Notes under the pieces: generated by a model | Seen by the model: the letters and a program-made list of their open reading frames with translations, nothing else | The model's database searches: none | Told to the model about the DNA's origin: nothing | Translations under genes and position numbers: made by a program | IMG/VR virus record: IMGVR_UViG_3300009378_000005 | Coordinates: 1 to 64,000 of that record | Direction: 5' to 3' (one strand) | Length of the DNA stretch: 64,000 bases | From: an uncultured virus (IMG/VR IMGVR_UViG_3300009378_000005) | Taxonomy: Duplodnaviria > Heunggongvirae > Uroviricota > Caudoviricetes | Shown here: one piece after another, positions 40,286 to 48,839 of the stretch | Layout of the letters: each line of letters opens with the position of its first letter | How positions within the stretch are numbered: the stretch's first letter is position 1

Positions 40286-40950
40286 TAACTCTCATCGTAA
40301 AATGACGATCCAGCTCCAGTGCTGTCTCCCTTAGATGAGACCTCTGACGGACCTGAGATTGGCTTTTCAAGAACACCCTTTTTCTGTAAGTCTCTAGAGT
40401 CAGCAGTCTCGCCTAATCTATTAGATGGGAGTCCTCGTTGCTGAACAAATGTATTTTGAATGGCATCTGAATCTGAATTCATCTCGTCTGTTGGTCCAAA
40501 CACCTTTGAAATGAACTGTCCCTTTCTTGACTGCTTACCTGTTATCGTGACATATGACTTAAATTCGATCTCTCCATATATTGTGCTAGAGTCTGGCACC
40601 TGAACCACTTCAAAAAATACTGATCCGTAGCTAAAAAAGTCACCCTCTCGTATCTGAATCCCTTTATCGTTTAGATCCTTCTTTTGAATGTATGCCTCAA
40701 TGGTATAATATTCCTCGCTACCAAAAATATTTGATCTAATATCTTGCGGCTGATACTTTACAACAGCCTCTATCTCAATTGGATTGTCAAACACCTTGTT
40801 TGGAGACTCCTCATAGACGTCATGAACATCAGACTTGATCTTAGAGATTGGAAAAAAGTATATCTTTTGACCGATCACATCCTTGACAATCTCTTTTCCA
40901 ATGTCATTTATAAAATCTATCTCTCTTTTTGTTATGAATAGCCTAGACAT
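40285..40950 (-). CDS. Neck/head-closure protein (gp14-like)
   Basis: GQKIYFF..VYEESPNKVFDNPIEI..REGDFF; synteny. Confidence 0.7.
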   Translation of the reverse strand: MSRLFITKREIDFINDIGKEIVKDVIGQKIYFFPISKIKSDVHDVYEESPNKVFDNPIEIEAVVKYQPQDIRSNIFGSEEYYTIEAYIQKKDLNDKGIQIREGDFFSYGSVFFEVVQVPDSSTIYGEIEFKSYVTITGKQSRKGQFISKVFGPTDEMNSDSDAIQNTFVQQRGLPSNRLGETADSRDLQKKGVLEKPISGPSEVSSKGDSTGAGSSFYDES

Positions 40951-40953
40951 CTA

Positions 40954-42129
40954 TTACCCCATAAAAATTGCTAAACCGTTTGGCATAGGAACATACTTCA
41001 ACTGTTTCTGAATGGCCTCTGCACGTGCTGCAGCAACTTCCATTAGCTTATCATACGTCATCGTATCAAGCATCTCTCTTAATTGTGTCTTTAACTTATC
41101 CTTATCTTCTCTTCCTTGTGAAACTAAGCCTTCTCCATTTAATTTTAGATCTGATCCTGGGACTGGGATTGATCCGAACTTTGATCTAATTAGTCCTAAT
41201 TGTTCTCTGCTTAATGCAAGAGCAAACTGTCTTATCCACTGTCTTCCTATGCTGTTGATATTGTCATACCTTAAATTTCCAAACGGAATGTCTCCAAGAT
41301 TAGACACTCCGTCTATGGTTTCATCTTTATACGCAGGATTGAGGGGATCAGAAAAGAATCTAACTCGTAGAAATAGCTTCTTAGGATCATCCTTTGTTGG
41401 TTTTGGAAAAATTCTTATCTTTGTTCCAATCACCTCATATGAGTAATTTGACCTTCTAACCCTGTTAGATAGATCTAGCTGTCCAGCACGAAGAATATCT
41501 TCAAAAACAGGAAGAACATAAAATATAGTCTCAGGTGTGAACGATTCAAATGAAAACTCATTATTGAGATAGTTTATCGCTGATGTTGTATCAAAAAATC
41601 TATATGCTGCCTGGGGAGATACATGAAACACCTCACTTATCTGGACCTTACTTCTAGGGCTAGAGTTCATGCTAGATGAAAATACTAGGTTTCCGGCATA
41701 ATCCTTTAGCTCATCATAGATGTCATAGTCTTGGCGACCTTTCTCAAGGTCGATAGACCCAGATAGCATATTATATGATCCTCCGACGCCTGCCTCAAAC
41801 GAGTATGGCTCTGCGAATCTTGTCAGATAGTCAAGATTTTCCCTTGGGTATTTTTGCTCAGATCCAGACATAATGCTGCCTGTTGGCATTCCAAGAAATT
41901 GAACAAGCTGTGACTTAGCCTGATACTGATTTAATATTGATCCATACTCTAGCAGAGACTCCTCAAGATTTCCCCATATCTGCTTCTTCGTTAGCTCGAC
42001 ACTAAGAACATCATCACCCAGCTTTCTCTTTACAAATGTTACAACACTGTCAGCTTCCGTCTGGAAGTCTGACTCACTATCAAAGAAACCAAAAGGAGTA
42101 GGATTTGATGTTTGTGAAAATGTTGCCAC
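40954..42129 (-). CDS. Neck/head-tail adaptor (gp13-like)
   Basis: KRKLGDDVLSVELT, WIRQFALALSREQLGLIRSKFGSIPVPG..LNG. Confidence 0.85.
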   Translation of the reverse strand: MATFSQTSNPTPFGFFDSESDFQTEADSVVTFVKRKLGDDVLSVELTKKQIWGNLEESLLEYGSILNQYQAKSQLVQFLGMPTGSIMSGSEQKYPRENLDYLTRFAEPYSFEAGVGGSYNMLSGSIDLEKGRQDYDIYDELKDYAGNLVFSSSMNSSPRSKVQISEVFHVSPQAAYRFFDTTSAINYLNNEFSFESFTPETIFYVLPVFEDILRAGQLDLSNRVRRSNYSYEVIGTKIRIFPKPTKDDPKKLFLRVRFFSDPLNPAYKDETIDGVSNLGDIPFGNLRYDNINSIGRQWIRQFALALSREQLGLIRSKFGSIPVPGSDLKLNGEGLVSQGREDKDKLKTQLREMLDTMTYDKLMEVAAARAEAIQKQLKYVPMPNGLAIFMG

Positions 42130-42228
42130 TTTTTAGCTCTCTATTGATGAACGCACTTCTATTATTAATTATCTACACGACATGAACGATTCCTAAAACA
42201 GCGTGGTCATTTACTAAAAACTTAACGC

Positions 42229-42260
42229 AAAGAAAGCTCGGACGTTATCATTCCGAGCTC
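42229..42260 (-). terminator. Probable intrinsic terminator
   Basis: AGCUCGGA-9 nt loop-UCCGAGCU followed by UUCUUU. Confidence 0.6.
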
Positions 42261-42351
42261 TCAGTCAGCTTCTGTTTATCACCACAACTAATATCTGATG
42301 TAAACCATTGCTTTGCTATTAAGGTAGATCTGTGTTAAATCTACATAAATA

Positions 42352-42807
42352 TTAGTTTGCTGCTGTATTGACGAATGTCAGTGTTCCGCTAGATGCTAGA
42401 ACCTGATACTGACGACCGTCACATAGCAGTGTAACTGCTGCACCAACAGTTCCTGTTAGCTTTAACTGACCACCATCTAGACGATGGTCAGGAAGACTTC
42501 CGCTACCCTCTCTGGCTCCAAGCCCTGAGGCGCAGAAAATTGACCTTCCATCGACATCAGAGCCAGTTAAACTGTGAACTGGGCTTGTGAGTGACCTAAA
42601 CGTCCACAGTGAGCCTGGTACATCAGCTGCCTTTGGCAGTGTTGCAGTTAGTGGTGATGTTGAGTTAAATGTATAAACACCACCTCTAGATACTGTGGCA
42701 TTTGCTGTTAGTGACGTTACGTCATAGACGGGAGCCTCTGCAAATTCTATTCCTGACCCTGGCTCTTGGACCAAACCTTTGCTATTTGTTACTTTAACCT
42801 TAGGCAT
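42352..42807 (-). CDS. Probable virion structural protein
   Basis: Beta-rich, G/S/T-rich 151 aa upstream of the neck genes. Confidence 0.5.
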   Translation of the reverse strand: MPKVKVTNSKGLVQEPGSGIEFAEAPVYDVTSLTANATVSRGGVYTFNSTSPLTATLPKAADVPGSLWTFRSLTSPVHSLTGSDVDGRSIFCASGLGAREGSGSLPDHRLDGGQLKLTGTVGAAVTLLCDGRQYQVLASSGTLTFVNTAAN

Positions 42808-42812
42808 GATAA

Positions 42813-43100
42813 TTAATTCCTTTTATTTTTCTTATTTTTTGAGGTGACGCTACCCAACATATCACTAACTGATTTCTTCTTAGGTTTTTCAGCTACAACA
42901 GACCTCTTTTGTGAGACAGGTTTTGCGGGCGTCGGCTTCGCGACAGGTTTCACAACCTTTACCTCAGGAGCATCTTGCTTCAACTCTTGAACAACAGTTC
43001 TTGGCTTTTCATCCGCAGAGACATCATTCTTTACCGGCATTCCATTCTTGTCAACCTTTGTAACCTTACCAAATACCTTTCTTATGGCCCTAATGCCCAT
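42813..43100 (-). CDS. Lys/Pro-rich low-complexity protein
   Basis: GAGGA RBS; late motif upstream; KPVAKPTPAKP. Confidence 0.6.
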   Translation of the reverse strand: MGIRAIRKVFGKVTKVDKNGMPVKNDVSADEKPRTVVQELKQDAPEVKVVKPVAKPTPAKPVSQKRSVVAEKPKKKSVSDMLGSVTSKNKKNKRN

Positions 43101-43194
43101 CTTAACATCCTCACTCTATTGAGATTATTTCATCAAATATAAATATACAGATATTGGCAAACTGATCAGTAGAGGATACCACTTTAATAAAATA

Positions 43195-43530
43195 TTAGTG
43201 AATTACGATCTCTCTCACCTTGTCTCTCATATTATATCTCTCCATCGACATAACTGCACCGTAGGCACCTGCATTCTCAATCAGGATGACATCTCCGGGC
43301 CTTGTCTCAGGCATCAATCTATTAAATCCCATCACATCTCCGCTCTCACATATGGGACCAACGATCTGATATCTGCTGGCAGGTTCATCATTGAGCCTTG
43401 ACAGGTTAAAGATCTCGTGATGCGCCTCATACATCGCTGGGCGGATGAGCGTGTGCATGCCGGCATCAATTCCAATGAACCTGAGGTTGTTCTTCTTTCT
43501 TACCTGAGCCCACACTGTGTCCGAGACCAA
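43195..43530 (-). pseudogene. lysA: C-terminal fragment of diaminopimelate decarboxylase (LysA-like)
   Basis: IDAGMHTLIRPAMYEAHH, IVGPICESGDV, GDVILIENAGAYG..YN; the N-terminal PLP barrel is absent. Confidence 0.8.
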
Positions 43531-43978
43531 ATGCTGCGTGCGGATCTATGCTTCCCAAATCAGAAATGCTTATTTGACCTGTAGCTTTCCAGCTATCATG
43601 AGACTCACGAGGGTGTGCTTCATCGCATGATTGTCCTTCATGATCGCTGTGAAGTACTTCCATCCCAGTATCATTATCATAATCTTCATATTCTTGCTCA
43701 CCAGAAAGACTATCAACAACACCTTCAAGAGCAGATCTAGTAGCTGGACAAGACGTATCATTTGCTATAGCCATGACAGCCTTAAGCGCCTCTTGTCTAG
43801 TAAGTGGTGATCCAGGTCCATCATCAGGTAGCACATCTGGTGAAACTCTAGACATAAGACTGACCTCACCATGTCCAGGGTCTTCAGCTCCAGCTGCACA
43901 AGGTCCGCACATCTCTATCAAGATATTATTAACTTCGTTCAGTATTAGATTTTTGAACTGTCTTTTAGTTATTCTCAC
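43466..43978 (-). CDS. Acidic hypothetical protein with N-terminal MRITKRQFKNLILNE motif
   Basis: Motif shared with neighbours; 3' end runs out of frame into the lysA remnant. Confidence 0.65.
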   Translation of the reverse strand: MRITKRQFKNLILNEVNNILIEMCGPCAAGAEDPGHGEVSLMSRVSPDVLPDDGPGSPLTRQEALKAVMAIANDTSCPATRSALEGVVDSLSGEQEYEDYDNDTGMEVLHSDHEGQSCDEAHPRESHDSWKATGQISISDLGSIDPHAAFGLGHSVGSGKKEEQPQVHWN

Positions 43979-44252
43979 GATCTCTCCAGCTTAATGATCC
44001 ACCAGGAATTTTTCTTGATCCTGGAAAAGGCTCTGTTATAAATTCTTCTTTTTCTTCTTCGCTTGGTCTATATGACCCGGGATTAAGTATATCAGCAGCA
44101 TAAACTATAATCTTATATGCCTCTTCTTTGCTCCACTCAGATGATAACGTTGATGCGAGATTCTCAGATGCCTGAAGGATTTCATATTCTTTATCCGAAT
44201 CCTCATAAACCTCTTTAATGATTCTTTGAAGCATTTTTTGTGAGACTTTCAT
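43965..44252 (-). CDS. Hypothetical protein with N-terminal MKVSQKMLQRIIKE motif
   Basis: Shared leader motif suggests the start is at 44252. Confidence 0.6.
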   Translation of the reverse strand: MKVSQKMLQRIIKEVYEDSDKEYEILQASENLASTLSSEWSKEEAYKIIVYAADILNPGSYRPSEEEKEEFITEPFPGSRKIPGGSLSWRDRENN

Positions 44253-44259
44253 GATATGA

Positions 44260-44667
44260 TTATATTTCTCCCTCATCATACCCTAGTACGGTTCTATGAA
44301 TCATGCTACTGAGCGCTGTGTCGAATCCCTCTTGTATCTCTATTTCTCTAGGCCATGATTCTTCACCAGTACTTGATGAGTGAACAATATGTCTGACCTT
44401 CATATATGCCCTCGCTATTGGATCAATTGAGCTTCTAGCCTCTGACTGAAGAATGTTCATAGTTACATTAAAAGCTTCATCAGATAGCGCTCCCCATTTT
44501 TCTCTGGATCGTTTTTCTTCTTCTCGTCTTTCTAGTGATCGTATCGCTTCAGGTTCTGGTGCATCAAATATACTAGCACTTTCAGACTCACCTGCGACCT
44601 CTTCACTCTCTATTTCTTCAAATGCCTCTAGAATGATTTTCCTAAGTTCATTTTTTGTGACTCTCAC
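44260..44667 (-). CDS. Hypothetical protein with N-terminal MRVTKNELRKIILE motif
   Basis: GGAG RBS before GTG at 44667; shared leader motif; late motif upstream. Confidence 0.65.
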   Translation of the reverse strand: MRVTKNELRKIILEAFEEIESEEVAGESESASIFDAPEPEAIRSLERREEEKRSREKWGALSDEAFNVTMNILQSEARSSIDPIARAYMKVRHIVHSSSTGEESWPREIEIQEGFDTALSSMIHRTVLGYDEGEI

Positions 44668-44833
44668 AGCTATCTCCAAAAAGTAATTCAGATATAACTA
44701 TTTACTTCACAATGAAATAATATGATGTCAATATGCTTATTGTACCATTATACAGCTAGTGATTGTGACAGCCCACGATATGAAAAGTATTGTACCAAGA
44801 ACAGCTGCAAATAGAGACTCACTATCAACTTTT

Positions 44834-45157
44834 TTATCGTGTGTGTCTGTGATGACTATGTCCCTGCCTGTGGTGGTTGTGTCCCTGTCTGTGATAATGT
44901 CGATTAGCTGGCGGACCCTGCTTATGTGTTCTATATGATTTACCAAGTGACTTGTGATTCCAATAGCCCCCGTTCCATCTATATTTTCTAACGATAGTGT
45001 TTTTTCCTACACCGTATTTTAGATATGACCAGTAACCAGGAACCCAGATCCACCCGGATTGAACGCTGACTGAAACTCCACTTCTAGCTGATGTGTGAGC
45101 GTGTGCTGAACAGCTAGTTCCAAAAAAACTAAGGGCAGCTAATAGCATAAACTTCAT
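44834..45157 (-). CDS. Exported or lipoprotein-like WXXGXW-repeat protein with His-rich tail
   Basis: Signal peptide ending near FGTSC; WIWVPGYW and RWNGGYW; HRQGHNHHRQGHSHH; AGGAG RBS. Confidence 0.7.
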   Translation of the reverse strand: MKFMLLAALSFFGTSCSAHAHTSARSGVSVSVQSGWIWVPGYWSYLKYGVGKNTIVRKYRWNGGYWNHKSLGKSYRTHKQGPPANRHYHRQGHNHHRQGHSHHRHTR

Positions 45158-45197
45158 GTTAAACTCCTATATATGATGCTTACATATATTATAAGCT

Positions 45198-45425
45198 TTA
45201 GGGCTGCCTTTCATTCAATTTTTTATTAAAAAAGTTTATTTTTTCTTCTTCAAGCCTGTCTGCTAGCCTTATAACATTAGTAGAAAATGTTTCTGTAAAC
45301 AGAAATGGAACTATTGCGTGAATCACGCTAACAAAAAGCATCATTGCTGACCACACAGCAAATCCAAAAGATCTGTAGAAGTGTCCTAGATATGTCATGT
45401 CCGTATCTTTTAAATGTTTAAACAA
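45198..45425 (-). CDS. Small membrane protein (DUF6356-like)
   Basis: HLKDTDMTYLGHF..IHAIVPFLFTETFS pattern. Confidence 0.6.
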   Translation of the reverse strand: MFKHLKDTDMTYLGHFYRSFGFAVWSAMMLFVSVIHAIVPFLFTETFSTNVIRLADRLEEEKINFFNKKLNERQP

Positions 45426-45464
45426 AATTTTACCTTTTATTTTATAACTATTTCACTAAGATAT

Positions 45465-45492
45465 AAAAAGGGCCGGTCGAAAGACCGGCCCT
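45465..45492 (-). terminator. Intrinsic terminator closing the large ncRNA
   Basis: AGGGCCGGUC-UUUC-GACCGGCCCU followed by a U tract. Confidence 0.9.
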
Positions 45493-46165
45493 AGATGGGG
45501 GAAAAGCGCAGCATACCTCGCTTTTCATTCTCGTGACCCTCAACTCCGCTTGAATTCGAAGCTGTCCCTTTTGGTTAGAGGTGCACACACCGACCTGTAA
45601 AGCCGTTCACGAGCTTTCTCCCTGTTCTTAGGCTGTAATACCTACGGAACAGCACGCCCTACTATCGCCATGACATTCTGCGTTCTCTTGAGTGAGCTGT
45701 ACACTTCACCTCGTGATCGCGCGCCCTGCTTCCAAACCTTGGGAGCATATCCACAGGACCCCTTTCGGGACGGTGGTCTTGTTGCCAATTCCACCAGAGA
45801 GACTTCTGTCACCGACAGTTAGATTCTGAAGAGAGTTAACCCTTCTTCCCAAGACATCATAGCCTTTCGGCTTCTTGGATTGCCCTTGTCCCGTTTCCAC
45901 GATGAACCTACAAGTCCATGGATACCCTCGGTAGCACTTCCCTAGCGGAATAGGGACTCATACCTTAGGCCACTGAACGACTTCGAAAGTTCCACCTTCC
46001 TTAACTCGTCCCTCCTCTTAGTGAAGCGGCATGACGTAAGAACGTCACCTTCTCCATCGGAGTTTTCTCTATCCTAATACCAAAAGATATTAGATCCAGG
46101 AGCCAGTAACTCCACCTGGATTTTTGGACCCGAGAACATGGGTCACATAAATTTTCAAAGAACTA
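45465..46165 (-). ncRNA. Large (~690 nt) structured non-coding RNA of unassigned class
   Basis: GC-richer than its flanks with no credible ORF; at least 12 hairpins (e.g. AUCCAGG/CCUGGAU, CUAAUA/UAUUAG, UGACG/CGUCA, CCCUA/UAGGG, AGCC-GAAA-GGCU, CUGUC/GACAG, GGUGG/CCACC, CUGUUC/GAACAG, GAAAAGCG/CGCUUUUC); bounded by a promoter and a terminator. Confidence 0.8.
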
Positions 46166-46198
46166 TAGAAGTATATACCTTCTACTTCTGTTGTACAA
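46150..46198 (-). promoter_or_regulatory. Sigma70-like promoter followed by an rrn-type boxA-like sequence
   Basis: TTGTAC (46198-46193), 17 nt, TATACT (46175-46170), then AGTTCTTTGAAAA immediately after the predicted start. Confidence 0.65.
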
Positions 46199-46200
46199 AA

Positions 46201-46755
46201 TTATACATCTTGTCTCTGCGATGTTTTAATGCCCGCGATTCTTTGCTTTTCTCTATATTCTGGTGTTCTAAGTGTGGCACATCTCTCATCATAGTTATCC
46301 TTCCATCTCTTTTTTGCAGCTCGGCTATAGTTTTCTCTATGTGTGGCAGTTCTAACCTTTCCATAGTTTGGAGAATTAATTCCTTTTTTGCCATACATGC
46401 CGTTATTTTTACCTATTGATGAGTGGCCTGAAACGTATTTCGCGAAACCTCCTTTGTTATATCTTACTTTCTCTCCGCAGCCACACTTGCACACGGGCCA
46501 TTTGCCATCGTGATTAAACTTAACAATATAGTCTACAAACTCTACCTGATGTTCTTTTCTTACGTGTCTTGCGAGAACATTGTTTGTATTTGCAACTCGT
46601 TTATTGCAGATATTACAAGACAATTTAAACTCAACACTCTTGTCATATAGCTTTTCTGCAATATCCTTATGCCAATAACCGATATGCGACCCTATTGATC
46701 TTTTTGTATTGCTTAGCAGTTTATCGCAGTATTCACACTTTACTTTTTCTACCAT
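46201..46755 (-). CDS. Zinc-finger/NUMOD3 nucleic acid-binding protein with no recognisable nuclease domain
   Basis: CEYC..H..H, CNIC..H..H, CKCGCG..KYVSGH, GKNNGMYGKK, NSPNYGKVRT; GAGG RBS. Confidence 0.75.
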   Translation of the reverse strand: MVEKVKCEYCDKLLSNTKRSIGSHIGYWHKDIAEKLYDKSVEFKLSCNICNKRVANTNNVLARHVRKEHQVEFVDYIVKFNHDGKWPVCKCGCGEKVRYNKGGFAKYVSGHSSIGKNNGMYGKKGINSPNYGKVRTATHRENYSRAAKKRWKDNYDERCATLRTPEYREKQRIAGIKTSQRQDV

Positions 46756-46773
46756 ATTTACCTCTACATAGTA

Positions 46774-46802
46774 ATAATATAGTATGAATAGATTTTTGTA
46801 AA
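46774..46802 (-). promoter_or_regulatory. Sigma70-like promoter for the zinc-finger gene
   Basis: TTTACA, 17 nt, TATTAT directly after the capsid terminator. Confidence 0.5.
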
Positions 46803-46813
46803 CTACTTAAAAT

Positions 46814-46841
46814 AAAAAAGGAGGGAGCAAAAGCTCCCTCC
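46814..46841 (-). terminator. Intrinsic terminator after the major capsid gene
   Basis: GGAGGGAGC-UUUU-GCUCCCUCC followed by a U tract. Confidence 0.9.
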
Positions 46842-46863
46842 CCGTTCATTAGATGAACTTTTT

Positions 46864-48795
46864 CTAGATCACATTGAGATCAAGCACCGTCACAGTGCCG
46901 TAGAAGTCAGCACGAACCATCTTTTTGCCGTATCGAGTCATCACTCCCTTGCGAGGCGTGAAATCCTCTGGAGCAAAGATCGTCGGTGTGACAATTAATG
47001 GTACGTACGGAGCGTAAACGTATCCTGTCTCAAGGTAGCTACCGCCCTTATAACCAACAAGAACCTTGTTGCGTGGGAAGTAGGGGTCCTTATAGACCGT
47101 GAAACGGTTGCTCAGCGTACCGACCGGAGCTGCACCGAGTGTGAACGGATTACCAACCTGACCGTCGCCGTCAAGACTGTAGTTAGGCTTGTAAAGAACT
47201 GATGCCTCGAATACCGTTGACACCTCAGGTGAGCAAACGATGAAGTTTGCAGAACCGCGAAGAGTCTTACGGTGAATCTCATTAGCGACATCGATGATCG
47301 TCTCAACTAGCGTCTCATACCACTCACGGACCGTACCTGTGAAGCTAGGACCGGAAGCTAGAGTGCTAGAAAGAGTAGCCTCTGTACCGTTTGTCTTGTT
47401 AACGAACTTACCTGGCATGCGTGACCAGTAGTAGTTAGCACCTGCTGCCTCGACCAGGAGATCGTTTAGGATCTCACGGTCGATCTCAAGAGCTACCTGC
47501 TCAGAGAGGATCTGTGTTAGCTCGACCTCAGCATCCATGCTGTGGTAGGCGTTAAGATCCTGTGCGAGCTCTGGTGACCAGCGAGCACGTAGCTTGCGTG
47601 TCTGAGCTGTTACAGCGATTGACTCGATCTTGATGTCGATCTCAGGGATCGCCGGGGAGGGCGATGACGCGAAATCAGACTCAAACGATGGAATCGTGAG
47701 AGCAGAGCCGTCAGATGTATCGATGTCAAGTGACGCAGCCAATGCGTATGATGCAGTTAGGTTAGCAACACCAGCCGGATGGGCCTTGTGAGATCCTGTA
47801 ACAACAACAAGAAGAGCGGCATTTGCAGACGTTCTTCCAATGAGAGGATCTGACGTGAACTGACCGTTAGCATATGTTCCCACCTGGTTCAGACGTCTGA
47901 CGTTAACAAGGTTCTTGCCACCCTGAACTGACTCAGGTACGGCTGAAAGACCGTTTCCGCCTCCGCCTTGATCTGAACCGAGGTCAGCATCTGTGAACAG
48001 TGAGACATCCTTAGCCTGTGTTGTATCCATAGAGTTGAACACTGAGGAGGCTAGATCAAGAATCACGAACTGGAACTCACCAGTTGTGTTCTGTGCTGTG
48101 TCATCGTCAATGAGGTTTGTTAGCTGTGGATCGAACTGTAGAAGTCGACCGTCAGTACCCGTTGATGCACAGACGCGACCATCTTGTAACGTTGAGTTAC
48201 CCTGGAAGGCACCTGATGCCAAGACGTTTGATGTCTGAACAATAGATGAGCTGTGAACCTTGGTATACGATGTTCCAACTAGATCATACTGACCACCGAC
48301 AGCCAAAGATCCGCTTTGGACACCCTTGCCTGTGGGGTTGTTGTAGATCGACTGACCCTTACCGTATGTCTGCGCATTTGCTGCACCTGCGGCACCTGTC
48401 TGGAGATTTGAATCACCGCCGATGCGGGTTCCATATGTGTAATCCAGATAGAAGAGCAGACCAGAGGGAAGGCTCATAGGCTGAATTGATACCAACTCAT
48501 TAGATACGAGACCACCGAAGACCCTGCGGACGATCGGGAAGGCGATGTTTGTGAAACCACGAAGATCGCCAGATGTTGTCATGTTTGCTGCGCCTGTTGA
48601 CAGAGAGTTTTGCTCTCTTAACAGCTGTGCAGCCTGATTCTCAAGAAGTCGAGACATGATCTCTCTATTGTGATCAGCGAGACCACGAAGAAGACCTGTT
48701 CTAGACCACTTTTCAATCAGTCGTTGACCTTCAGCACCGACATTTCTCTGCCTGATGCCTTCTGTCAACTGTTCTAGTGTAAATGATTTTGCCAT
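46864..48795 (-). CDS. Major capsid protein (T4 gp23-like)
   Basis: LLENQA, FPIVRRVF..LVSIQPMSLPSGLLFYL, TRKLRARWSPELAQDLNAYH..AEVEL..EIDREI, YAPYVPL, FTPRKGVMTRYG. Confidence 0.97.
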   Translation of the reverse strand: MAKSFTLEQLTEGIRQRNVGAEGQRLIEKWSRTGLLRGLADHNREIMSRLLENQAAQLLREQNSLSTGAANMTTSGDLRGFTNIAFPIVRRVFGGLVSNELVSIQPMSLPSGLLFYLDYTYGTRIGGDSNLQTGAAGAANAQTYGKGQSIYNNPTGKGVQSGSLAVGGQYDLVGTSYTKVHSSSIVQTSNVLASGAFQGNSTLQDGRVCASTGTDGRLLQFDPQLTNLIDDDTAQNTTGEFQFVILDLASSVFNSMDTTQAKDVSLFTDADLGSDQGGGGNGLSAVPESVQGGKNLVNVRRLNQVGTYANGQFTSDPLIGRTSANAALLVVVTGSHKAHPAGVANLTASYALAASLDIDTSDGSALTIPSFESDFASSPSPAIPEIDIKIESIAVTAQTRKLRARWSPELAQDLNAYHSMDAEVELTQILSEQVALEIDREILNDLLVEAAGANYYWSRMPGKFVNKTNGTEATLSSTLASGPSFTGTVREWYETLVETIIDVANEIHRKTLRGSANFIVCSPEVSTVFEASVLYKPNYSLDGDGQVGNPFTLGAAPVGTLSNRFTVYKDPYFPRNKVLVGYKGGSYLETGYVYAPYVPLIVTPTIFAPEDFTPRKGVMTRYGKKMVRADFYGTVTVLDLNVI

Positions 48796-48839
48796 TATCT
48801 TTCCTTGTTAAGCAGTTGTTAAGTTATTTACCTGTTATT

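Noticed and set aside
44737..44946. 69-aa ORF with a hydrophobic C-terminus (possible holin)
   Set aside because: Largely overlaps the WXXGXW gene in another frame and has a weak start; insufficient support.
45706..45900. 64-aa minus-strand ORF inside the structured region
   Set aside because: Short, GTG start without a clear RBS, no motif, and it runs through consecutive hairpins; better explained as ncRNA.
45465..46165. RNase P, tmRNA, or group I/II intron identity for the large RNA
   Set aside because: No GAGGAAAGUCC/AGAACCCGGCUUA pair, no tRNA-like ends, no P/Q/R/S set or domain V that I could see, and no interrupted gene around it.
46182..46394. 70-aa ORF as a frameshifted continuation of the zinc-finger gene
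   Set aside because: No nuclease motif, and it overlaps the NUMOD3-coding frame.
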